From contig JAGONC010000016.1 in assembly GCA_017993235.1 (NCBI GenBank), forward strand, positions 5,072 to 69,071: a stretch of DNA of 64,000 nt, written 5' to 3'. Each line of letters opens with the position of its first letter. Within the stretch, counting starts at the first letter, position 1. Shown here piece by piece: positions 19,713 to 27,016 of this stretch. The position numbers and the translations under genes are program-made. The notes under the pieces are model-generated. The model was given only the letters and a program-made list of their open reading frames with translations. It searched no databases and was not told the origin of the DNA. Source of the DNA: Lentimicrobiaceae bacterium. Its GTDB lineage: Bacteria > Bacteroidota > Bacteroidia > Bacteroidales > JAGONC01.

Positions 19713-20435
19713 ATGAGAATTCACAAGGAGGGGAAGGGTATTATCGTTAAGCTTTCTTTGGGGGTTGGTCTGATTTTCCTCTTACTCAACATCTTCTTTC
19801 CGCATCAAACCATCATTCACGGATTGCTCTATTTAGCGGGAGTGGTTTTTATAGCCATGGTCTTCTATTTTTTTCGTCAACCAGCCGGCCGGGTTGGGAA
19901 CCCTGATCCATCCCTTATCCTGAGTGCAGCGGATGGCAAGGTGGTTATCATTTCGAAAGTGTTTGAAGATGAGTATTTTAAAGACCAGCGGATGCAGGTA
20001 TCTGTTTTCATGTCGCTGGTCGATATGCATGTAAATTTATTCCCGGTCACGGGTACCGTTCGCTATGCTCAGTATCATCCGGGCAAATTCCTGTTTGCCT
20101 ATCATCCCAAAGCTTCCAGCCTCAATGAGCATAATTCGGTCGTGATTGAGACTCCCTCTGGTTTCCAGATCCTTATCCGTCAGATCGCAGGAGGCTTGGC
20201 CCGCAGGATCGTAAGTCTGGCCAAATCAGGTACTGAGGTGGTGTCAGGGCAGGAAATCGGGATCATTAAATTCGGATCACGGGTGGATATCTTCCTGCCA
20301 CTGGATTCAAGGATCCAGGTTCAGGTCGGGCAGCATGTCCGTTGCGGGAAAACGATCCTTGCATCCCTTCCGGAACCTCAGAGGATGGAGCATAGCTCTG
20401 AAAATGAGAACACTTCGAATGTAACGGCCTCCTGA
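19713..20435 (+). CDS. psd: phosphatidylserine decarboxylase proenzyme (short form)
   Basis: 240 aa with a membrane N-terminus and a self-cleavage Gly-Ser site in IIKFGSRVDIFLP. Confidence 0.85.
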   Translation: MRIHKEGKGIIVKLSLGVGLIFLLLNIFFPHQTIIHGLLYLAGVVFIAMVFYFFRQPAGRVGNPDPSLILSAADGKVVIISKVFEDEYFKDQRMQVSVFMSLVDMHVNLFPVTGTVRYAQYHPGKFLFAYHPKASSLNEHNSVVIETPSGFQILIRQIAGGLARRIVSLAKSGTEVVSGQEIGIIKFGSRVDIFLPLDSRIQVQVGQHVRCGKTILASLPEPQRMEHSSENENTSNVTAS

Positions 20436-21073
20436 TGATCTGACCGGTCATAGTTCACAAACACCTGATCCATTCCCGCTTCGCGAGCCCCCTGAATATC
20501 AACCGTCAGGTCATCACCAATCATCAGGCTTTCTTCCAGCAGGGCTCCCGTACGTTTCAGGGCATAATGGAAAATGGCAGGATCAGGTTTTTTACAACCA
20601 GCCTCTTCGGATGTGATCATATCATCAAAAAAAGGTCGCAACTTATTGATATTCAGTTTTTTATGCTGGACTTCCTCAAATCCATTGGTGATAATGTATA
20701 ACCGGTACTTCTTTTTCAGGTAGGTCAGCGTACGTTCCACACCCGGGAAAAGTGTATTTTTCAGAGGACTTTCCGTCACATAATAGGATGCAATGGCTTC
20801 AGCCAGGATAGGATCATCCACGCCAAATTCCTTCAGCGCCTTGTCGAACCGGCTGACGTTCAGGATTTCTTTCCGGATCCCGCCACCCCTGTACAATTCC
20901 CATAGCGTCAGGTTGATGCGGGTGTATTTTTCAATGAATGACTCAAGATCCGTTATTCCTTTTTCTGCCAGACGAAAATGCCGGTGGATCTCTTCAAAAG
21001 TCAGGCGCGAACTGGCGTCAAAGTCATAGATCGTTTTATCCAGATCGAAGAATAAATGGTGGTAAGGTGGCAT
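20378..21073 (-). CDS. HAD-IA family hydrolase (YjjG-like nucleotidase)
   Basis: ATG at 21073. DxD motif FFDLDKTIYDF and late GDD motif (MIGDDLTVDIQGA). 58-nt convergent overlap with psd. Confidence 0.8.
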   Translation of the reverse strand: MPPYHHLFFDLDKTIYDFDASSRLTFEEIHRHFRLAEKGITDLESFIEKYTRINLTLWELYRGGGIRKEILNVSRFDKALKEFGVDDPILAEAIASYYVTESPLKNTLFPGVERTLTYLKKKYRLYIITNGFEEVQHKKLNINKLRPFFDDMITSEEAGCKKPDPAIFHYALKRTGALLEESLMIGDDLTVDIQGAREAGMDQVFVNYDRSDHQEAVTFEVFSFSELCSIL

Positions 21074-21078
21074 AATAA

Positions 21079-21113
21079 GATCAAAAATCAAAGATCAAAA
21101 AGCAAAAATAGAA
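21079..21113. repeat. 5 x 7-nt tandem repeat (GATCAAA/AATCAAA), forming the 5' leader and promoter of the HAD gene
   Basis: Units are gatcaaa aatcaaa gatcaaa aagcaaa aatagaa. In mRNA sense this reads TTTGATC/TTTGATT repeats ending 5 nt before the ATG. Confidence 0.8.
21103..21110 (-). promoter_or_regulatory. -7 promoter box TAttTTTG (HAD gene)
   Basis: The reverse complement of caaaaata is TATTTTTG. It lies 30 nt upstream of the ATG at 21073, inside the heptamer tract. Confidence 0.5.
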
Positions 21114-21161
21114 ATATTAAAAAAAAAATTGCGGTGTTTCATGGTTTATTCAAAATAATGT

Positions 21162-21203
21162 TGTATCATTGCAGTATCATTTTAGTATCATTATAGTATT
21201 AAT
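21162..21203 (+). promoter_or_regulatory. four direct repeats (T/A)GTATCATT phased at exactly 11 bp; candidate operator array
   Basis: GTATCATT occurs at 21163, 21174 and 21185, with a degenerate GTATTAAT at 21196. The array ends 16 nt before the ATG of the SPFH gene. Confidence 0.6.
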
Positions 21204-21218
21204 TTAAATCAAACTGAT

Positions 21219-22073
21219 ATGGAAAAGGAAAAACTGTATACACCGGTGTCGGGTTATCTTGGATTGTTTGTTGCATTCCTTCTGATCGGTGTACCCATTG
21301 CATTGCTGATTCTTTACAAACCCCTGTGGCTGATTGCGGTTCTTGTCGTCGGAATTTTCTGCCTGGTGGGATTGATGGTGGTCAATCCCAATGAATCATC
21401 CGTACTGGTGCTTTTCGGCAAGTATGTCGGAACGGTGAAGAAGAATGGTTTTTTCTGGGTGAATCCATTTTTTTCGCGCAAAAAGATCTCGTTAAGGGCC
21501 AGGAACCTGAACAGTGAACCGATCAAGGTGAACGACAAGATCGGGAATCCGATCATGATCGGCATCGTGCTGGTATGGAAAGTGGAAAACACCTTTAAAG
21601 CTGCTTTTGGTGTGGACGATTATTCTCATTTTGTGGATATCCAGAGCGAGGCTGCCATTCGGAAACTGGCGGGTCATTATCCGTACGACAATTTTGACGA
21701 TGAGCAGGCCGAGATTACATTGCGCTCGGGTGGTGAGGATGTGAACGCCGCATTGGAGAGGGAGCTTCAGGAAAGGCTGGATCTTGCCGGGATCAATGTG
21801 ATGGAATCCCGCATCAGTTACCTGGCGTATGCATCCGAGATCGCCGGGGCCATGCTGCGCCGCCAGCAGGCGACAGCCATCGTGGCAGCACGGCAGAAGA
21901 TCGTTGAAGGCGCTGTCAGCATGGTGGAAATGGCGCTCGCCCAGTTATCCAAAAAGGAGATCATTACGCTGGATCATGACCAGAAAGCGGCCATGGTCAG
22001 CAACCTGATGGTGGTACTATGCGCCGATAAAGACACAACCCCCGTGGTAAATGCCGGAACCATCCATCAATAG
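21219..22073 (+). CDS. SPFH/band-7 domain membrane protein
   Basis: 284 aa with two N-terminal TMs followed by a stomatin/prohibitin-like core. Confidence 0.85.
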   Translation: MEKEKLYTPVSGYLGLFVAFLLIGVPIALLILYKPLWLIAVLVVGIFCLVGLMVVNPNESSVLVLFGKYVGTVKKNGFFWVNPFFSRKKISLRARNLNSEPIKVNDKIGNPIMIGIVLVWKVENTFKAAFGVDDYSHFVDIQSEAAIRKLAGHYPYDNFDDEQAEITLRSGGEDVNAALERELQERLDLAGINVMESRISYLAYASEIAGAMLRRQQATAIVAARQKIVEGAVSMVEMALAQLSKKEIITLDHDQKAAMVSNLMVVLCADKDTTPVVNAGTIHQ

Positions 22074-22081
22074 CATTACCC

Positions 22082-22267
22082 GTGGCCGCGAAGAAATCAT
22101 TTGTCCTGCGATTGAATCCGGAGCTGCTGAAAGCTGTGGAGAAATGGGCTGCTGACGAATTCAGGAGCACCAATGGACAGCTGGAGTTCATCATCAGTGC
22201 GGCACTGAAGAAGGCAAGGCGGTATCCCAGGGAGAATAAATATCCAACATACGAACATACGAAGTAG
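22082..22267 (+). CDS. Arc-like ribbon-helix-helix DNA-binding protein
   Basis: 61 aa with a GTG start 8 nt after the SPFH stop. RHH pattern KKSFVLRLNPELLKAVEKWAADEFRSTNGQLEFII. The last 9 codons lie inside the left arm of the palindromic element. Confidence 0.7.
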   Translation: MAAKKSFVLRLNPELLKAVEKWAADEFRSTNGQLEFIISAALKKARRYPRENKYPTYEHTK

Positions 22268-22393
22268 AAGGCGAAGGGAAGGTAGAAGGCGATTTAGGAT
22301 TAGATTGCAGAATCATGATTTCTTCATTCCAATCGTCGATCTCCTTCGCCTTTAACTTCAACTTCACCTTCGTATGTTCGTATGTTGGATATT
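22239..22393. repeat. 155-bp palindromic element with perfect 26-bp terminal inverted repeats
   Basis: 22239-22264 (aatatccaacatacgaacatacgaag) is the exact reverse complement of 22368-22393. Each arm contains ACATACGA x2. Imperfect pairing continues inward (GAAG/AAGGCGA blocks). The element fills the gap between two convergent genes. Confidence 0.85.
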
Positions 22394-23352
22394 CAGAACC
22401 GCTTCCCCTGAAACGTATCTCTTTCCTCCAGCCTCCGTTCGATTCGTCGCAGCACCTCATCATAGCGGATCCTTCCCCATTGGGGAGCCACCAGAAAGCG
22501 CGGGGGAGCTTCGCTGGCAAAACGTTCGATCATGATCACGGGAGACAGCTTCTCGGTGAAGTCGATCGCAAAGTCGATATATTCCTCAAGACCGAACAAC
22601 GCGAAGCGTTCAGGATCCTGCTGATATTCCCTTTCCATCTGCGTGTTGCGGAAGATTTGCAACTGGTGCAGTTTGATCATTTGCAGCGGAAGCCGTGACA
22701 ACATTTCAGCCTCTTCCAGCATCATCGCTTTTGTCTCACCGGGTAACCCCAGAATGATGTGCCCCCCGGCCGGTATTCCTGCCGCAGCCGTCATCTCAAT
22801 GGCCTCGACGGTCTGGCTGAAATCATGCCCGCGATTGATCCGTCGCAGGGTTTGATCATAGCAGGATTCAATGCCATATTCGATCATGACATAATAATGC
22901 CCGGCGATTTCCCTGAGAAAAGTCAGCTTCTCACTGTCCATGCAATCCGGGCGTGTTCCGATGACCAATCCTGCAACCTGCGGGTGCGACAGCGCTTCAC
23001 CGTAAAGTTGCTTCAGTTTGCCAAGCGATGCATACGTGTTGGAATAAGGTTGAAAGTAAGCAAGGAAATGGTTTGCCCTGCGGTAGCGGTTGATATGAAA
23101 GTCAATCCCTTCGCTGATCTGCTGCGTTATGGTCTTTTCAGGATCGCAATAAGAAGGATTGAACGCGTCGTTATCACAATAGGAGCAGCCTCCCTGGCCA
23201 AGGGTGCCATCCCTGTTCGGGCAGGTAAAGCCGGCATCAATGCTGAGCTTTTGTACGCGCCCGCCGAAAAGTTTCTTTAAATGCTCAGTGAAGGAATTGA
23301 ACCTTCGCTGGTGCCCCCAGAGATAACTCCTTTCCCGGAGCGATGAATGCAT
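22393..23352 (-). CDS. radical SAM protein, TIGR01212 family
   Basis: 319 aa with cluster motif CPNRDGTLGQGGCSYCDN. Confidence 0.85.
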   Translation of the reverse strand: MHSSLRERSYLWGHQRRFNSFTEHLKKLFGGRVQKLSIDAGFTCPNRDGTLGQGGCSYCDNDAFNPSYCDPEKTITQQISEGIDFHINRYRRANHFLAYFQPYSNTYASLGKLKQLYGEALSHPQVAGLVIGTRPDCMDSEKLTFLREIAGHYYVMIEYGIESCYDQTLRRINRGHDFSQTVEAIEMTAAAGIPAGGHIILGLPGETKAMMLEEAEMLSRLPLQMIKLHQLQIFRNTQMEREYQQDPERFALFGLEEYIDFAIDFTEKLSPVIMIERFASEAPPRFLVAPQWGRIRYDEVLRRIERRLEERDTFQGKRF

Positions 23353-23373
23353 GATCCTGATGAATATGCGGTT

Positions 23374-25188
23374 CTATTTCGTTGCTTTCTCCAGTCGTTT
23401 CATGATCGAGAAAATGAATATGGCCGACAACAGGCAGCACACAATGAAAATGAGCCAGAGTTGCCATAGTTCCAGTTTACCCCAGAAGTCACTCCCGATA
23501 AAGAGCAGTTTGTTCCCAACCGCAGTGGCCAGGAGCCATCCACCCTGCATCAGGCCCTGGAAACGGGAAGGAGCAACTTTCGAAACAAAGGACAATCCCA
23601 TCGGACTGAGGAACAATTCTGCAATCGTCAGGATCAGGTAACTGGAGATGAGCCAGTAAGGCACCACCCGGGAACTGTCGGGAACCGGATTGTACTTGAT
23701 CTCCCCTGCAGCGTTGGTATACTGGAGTTCATGGGGTGATACCAGGTTCACCGATGCAATCAGGATCACCATGAATCCGATAGCGGCGATGATCATCCCG
23801 ATGCCGATTTTCTTGGGAGTGGATGGTTCACGATCCTTCCGGCGCAGCCAGGAAAATACCGCCATCACCGGAAAAGTAAGGGAAACAATGAATAACGGAT
23901 TAAACGACTGGAATACTTCGGGTGCAATGGGATTGGAAGCATCGGCACGGGTTACAAAATAATAGGTCAGCGCTCCCAGGGCAAGGAACATGATTCCGCC
24001 AATGAGCCGGTTCACACTCTTTTTGTTGAAGATCAGGATCAGTCCGGCGACGGCACCAATGAAAGCCAGTATCGATTCCAGATTAAAGAAAATGTTGGTA
24101 AAGGGTCCTACTTCCTTGACGGTATAATCCCGCGCGAAGAAGGTCAGCGTCAATCCGTTCTGGTGAAACGACATCCAGAAGAAGATAACCACCGCGAACA
24201 CCAGGAGCAAAGAGACAATGCGGGGTCGCTCTTCCCGGGTCGAGATCTGTACGATCAGGGCCACAAAACCGATGAACAAACCAATAGCCAATCCCAGGGC
24301 AAGGTTGTTCAGCAGGAAATGAAAAATGATGGTGACAACCACCATAAGTCCCGCAGCCAGTAAGATACCGATCAGGTTGTTCCGGAGTTTAAGGTTACTG
24401 GCTTCTGGAGTGGCCTCCTGCACTTTCTCCTTTTTGGGTAAGTAGTTGTTGAAAATGATGTAGACCAGAAGGGAAATGATCATGGCTCCTGCCGCAATGC
24501 CAAAAGCGTAGTTATAGCCTCTGGAAAATGCATCAAGGTAAGTGTGGGCAAATGTACTGAGATCGGTCACTGCAGCACCGGAAACTTTATCGGCAAGGGT
24601 CTGGAACGTCAGTGGATCCTCCAACGTACCGTTCAGGTGAGCATGACACATGGCCGGCAAACTGCCATCATGCAGAAATCCCTGCGTTTTAAGGAACCAG
24701 TTCCGGATTCCCGTTGCGACAAATGGTGCGAAAAATGCCCCGATGTTGATCCCCATGTAAAAGATCATAAATGCTGAATCCCTTACCTTGGAATATTTTG
24801 GATTATCGTACAGCTGACCGACCACAGCCTGAAGATTCCCCTTGAACAATCCGTTACCAAGGGCAATGGTGAAAAGGCCTGTGATGGTCAATCCCAGCGG
24901 ATTTCCAGGGAATGACATGATGATGTACCCGGTAAACATGATCAGGATACCCATCAGGATCACCAGTTTGTATTTACGGGTGGCGTCCGCAATGATTCCT
25001 CCGACAAGCGCCAGAGCATAGATGCCGAAATAGAACCAGCTATAGTATTCGCCTGCCTGTGATTCGGAAAGCCCATACCTGGCCTGAAGAAATAATACAA
25101 GGATCGCCATCATGGTGTAAAAGCCGAATCGCTCTCCCATGTTGGTAAAAAAGGCCACAATCAGCCCTTTGGGATGTTCTTTTAACAT
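23374..25188 (-). CDS. POT/PTR2-family di-/tripeptide MFS transporter
   Basis: 604 aa, polytopic, with ExxERFxYY motif (GERFGFYTMM). Confidence 0.9.
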   Translation of the reverse strand: MLKEHPKGLIVAFFTNMGERFGFYTMMAILVLFLQARYGLSESQAGEYYSWFYFGIYALALVGGIIADATRKYKLVILMGILIMFTGYIIMSFPGNPLGLTITGLFTIALGNGLFKGNLQAVVGQLYDNPKYSKVRDSAFMIFYMGINIGAFFAPFVATGIRNWFLKTQGFLHDGSLPAMCHAHLNGTLEDPLTFQTLADKVSGAAVTDLSTFAHTYLDAFSRGYNYAFGIAAGAMIISLLVYIIFNNYLPKKEKVQEATPEASNLKLRNNLIGILLAAGLMVVVTIIFHFLLNNLALGLAIGLFIGFVALIVQISTREERPRIVSLLLVFAVVIFFWMSFHQNGLTLTFFARDYTVKEVGPFTNIFFNLESILAFIGAVAGLILIFNKKSVNRLIGGIMFLALGALTYYFVTRADASNPIAPEVFQSFNPLFIVSLTFPVMAVFSWLRRKDREPSTPKKIGIGMIIAAIGFMVILIASVNLVSPHELQYTNAAGEIKYNPVPDSSRVVPYWLISSYLILTIAELFLSPMGLSFVSKVAPSRFQGLMQGGWLLATAVGNKLLFIGSDFWGKLELWQLWLIFIVCCLLSAIFIFSIMKRLEKATK

Positions 25189-25238
25189 AAGTGAATGTTT
25201 TAATGAATGGGTAAAATGAATTTTATCTGATCAACTGA

Positions 25239-25246
25239 CAAAAGTA
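25239..25246 (-). promoter_or_regulatory. -7 promoter box TActTTTG (POT transporter-radical SAM operon)
   Basis: The reverse complement of caaaagta is TACTTTTG. It lies 51 nt upstream of the ATG at 25188. Confidence 0.45.
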
Positions 25247-25298
25247 AAAAAAAATCCTTCCCTGTAATATTTTTCCCCTTTCATCGTCTTATCATCGT

Positions 25299-25814
25299 AT
25301 GACCCCAAAACAATTCACAGAAGAGATTTTTCCCCTGAAGGATAAACTGTTCCGGTTTGCTATGAGGATCCTGGATGACAGGGAAGATGCCCGGGATATG
25401 GTTCAGGAGGTACTTGTCAGGCTTTGGGATCAAAATACAGAGCTCCATAAGCTCAGAAATACGGAGGCATTTGCCATGACCTTGACACGGAATCTCTGCA
25501 TCGACTGGCTGAGGACCAACGGAAGGATCCTCAGAGGCGATACGCAGGAGATCATGATGATCGATCCGGTGACTCCCTACGACCTGACCGAGATCAGGGA
25601 TTCGGTCAAGCGCATCAACCACCTGATCAATCATCTTCCGGATCAGCAACGGATGATCCTTCACCTGAGAGACATTGAAGGGTACGAGTTTGAAGAGATT
25701 GCCTCTATCCTGGATCTGAACCTGAATGTGATCAGGGTGAACCTTTCAAGAGCCCGTAAAAAGATCAAGGAAGAACTTAATAAAGTACATCAATATGAAC
25801 TTCAACGAAATTGA
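25299..25814 (+). CDS. ECF-type RNA polymerase sigma-70 factor
   Basis: 171 aa with region 2 (DARDMVQEVLVRLW) and region 4 HTH (ILHLRDIEGYEFEEIASILDLNLNVIRVNLSRARKKI). Confidence 0.85.
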   Translation: MTPKQFTEEIFPLKDKLFRFAMRILDDREDARDMVQEVLVRLWDQNTELHKLRNTEAFAMTLTRNLCIDWLRTNGRILRGDTQEIMMIDPVTPYDLTEIRDSVKRINHLINHLPDQQRMILHLRDIEGYEFEEIASILDLNLNVIRVNLSRARKKIKEELNKVHQYELQRN

Positions 25815-26454
25815 CCGGCTGCTGGAGCGCTACCTCGAGGGTAGTACCTCCCTTGGTGAGGAACAGATCCTTCAGGATTTTTTCTCCCAAAAGGACTTAC
25901 CAGATAGGTACAGACCTTACTGTGAAATGTTTCAAGGCTTCAAGGCAGTTTCAACAAGCCGGCTGAACGATCGCAGGTTTGAAAAGGAATGGCTGTCCCG
26001 GCTCAAGGAAAAGTCCGGTGCTTCCCGTTCGTTTTTTTCAACCAGTCGCTGGTATATCATCAGCGGGATTGCTGCAACGATCCTGCTCGTCATTTTACTG
26101 GTTATTCCGTTCAAAAAACTGCCGGTCATGAACCTGTTCTCGCAAAAAATCGAGGACACCTTTGATGATCCCCGGCAGGCTTACCAGGTAACCATTCAGG
26201 CTCTGTTGACCGTTTCTGAAAAATTCAATGCCGGAACGGATCAGATGAAGGGTCTGAATAAATTGGATAAAGGCCTGCAGGAAGCCGGGATGATGCTGAC
26301 GTTCAACAAGGGCATCAAGGAAGTGAGGGAACTCGATCGGCTGAACAAGGATGCCAGCCCGGTTGAAAAGTTAAGTAAAATGGATGAAGGGAGGAAAGAA
26401 GCGGAAAAACTGTCGAAATTCAAGGAAGAACAACTCGAAATCAATAATCTTTAA
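25795..26454 (+). CDS. putative anti-sigma factor / membrane protein
   Basis: 219 aa, overlapping the sigma gene by 20 nt. It has a single central TM (WYIISGIAATILLVILLVIPF) and a lysine-rich coiled C-terminus. Confidence 0.5.
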   Translation: MNFNEIDRLLERYLEGSTSLGEEQILQDFFSQKDLPDRYRPYCEMFQGFKAVSTSRLNDRRFEKEWLSRLKEKSGASRSFFSTSRWYIISGIAATILLVILLVIPFKKLPVMNLFSQKIEDTFDDPRQAYQVTIQALLTVSEKFNAGTDQMKGLNKLDKGLQEAGMMLTFNKGIKEVRELDRLNKDASPVEKLSKMDEGRKEAEKLSKFKEEQLEINNL

Positions 26455-26466
26455 ACATTAAAATCA

Positions 26467-27009
26467 ATGAAAACATTAGTATTCAAAACATTACTGATTT
26501 TACTGCTTTGCAGTCCTGTTCTGCTATCTGCACAAAACAGCCCGATGGACAAACTTTTTCAGAAATATGCAGGAAAAGATTGCTTTACATCGGTCTCGAT
26601 CTCCAAGGATATGTTTCAGCTGTTCAGCGATATCGAAGGAGACAAAAACGATAAGGATTTTGAAGAATTTCAGGGGATGATCAGCCAGCTCGATGGTCTG
26701 AGAATCCTTACCTATTCAGAGGAGAACGATTGCAAGGGAATTAATTTTTACGAGGAACTCACGATCGTTTATCCGCTGCAAAAGTATACGGAACTGATGG
26801 TGGTTCAGGAAAAGGATGAAATGGTCAATTTCTACATCCTCAAGGAAGGCAACAAGATCCCTGAATTGCTTATGATCGCCAGGGAGCCGGGCGAAACCGT
26901 TGTTCTGAGCCTGACCGGCAATATTGACCTGTCATACATATCCAAGCTGGGGAAGAGTATGAAGATCGAAGGGCTGGACAATCTTGAGAAGATCGAAGAA
27001 GAGAAATAG
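26467..27009 (+). CDS. DUF4252-family secreted protein
   Basis: 180 aa with a signal peptide. LFQKYAGKDCFTSVSISKDMFQL is typical of DUF4252, which commonly follows ECF sigma/anti-sigma pairs. Confidence 0.7.
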   Translation: MKTLVFKTLLILLLCSPVLLSAQNSPMDKLFQKYAGKDCFTSVSISKDMFQLFSDIEGDKNDKDFEEFQGMISQLDGLRILTYSEENDCKGINFYEELTIVYPLQKYTELMVVQEKDEMVNFYILKEGNKIPELLMIAREPGETVVLSLTGNIDLSYISKLGKSMKIEGLDNLEKIEEEK

Positions 27010-27016
27010 GTCACTA

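Noticed and set aside
20378-20435. The 58-nt convergent overlap of psd and the HAD hydrolase gene considered as a sign of a frameshift or pseudogene.
   Set aside because: Both proteins are full length with intact catalytic motifs. The overlap only involves a non-conserved acidic tail of Psd.
21219-22267. The SPFH/band-7 plus small DNA-binding protein pair considered as an anti-phage or toxin-antitoxin module.
   Set aside because: There is no nuclease, protease (NfeD), toxin-like or other effector partner. The flanking genes are housekeeping, so nothing beyond adjacency supports a defence role.
22194-22698. Two ORFs (22194-22520 on the minus strand, 22315-22698 on the plus strand) spanning the palindromic element.
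   Set aside because: They exist only because the perfect inverted repeat keeps both strands open (the same YPTYEHTK peptide appears on both). One overlaps the radical SAM gene in antisense, and neither has a promoter box.
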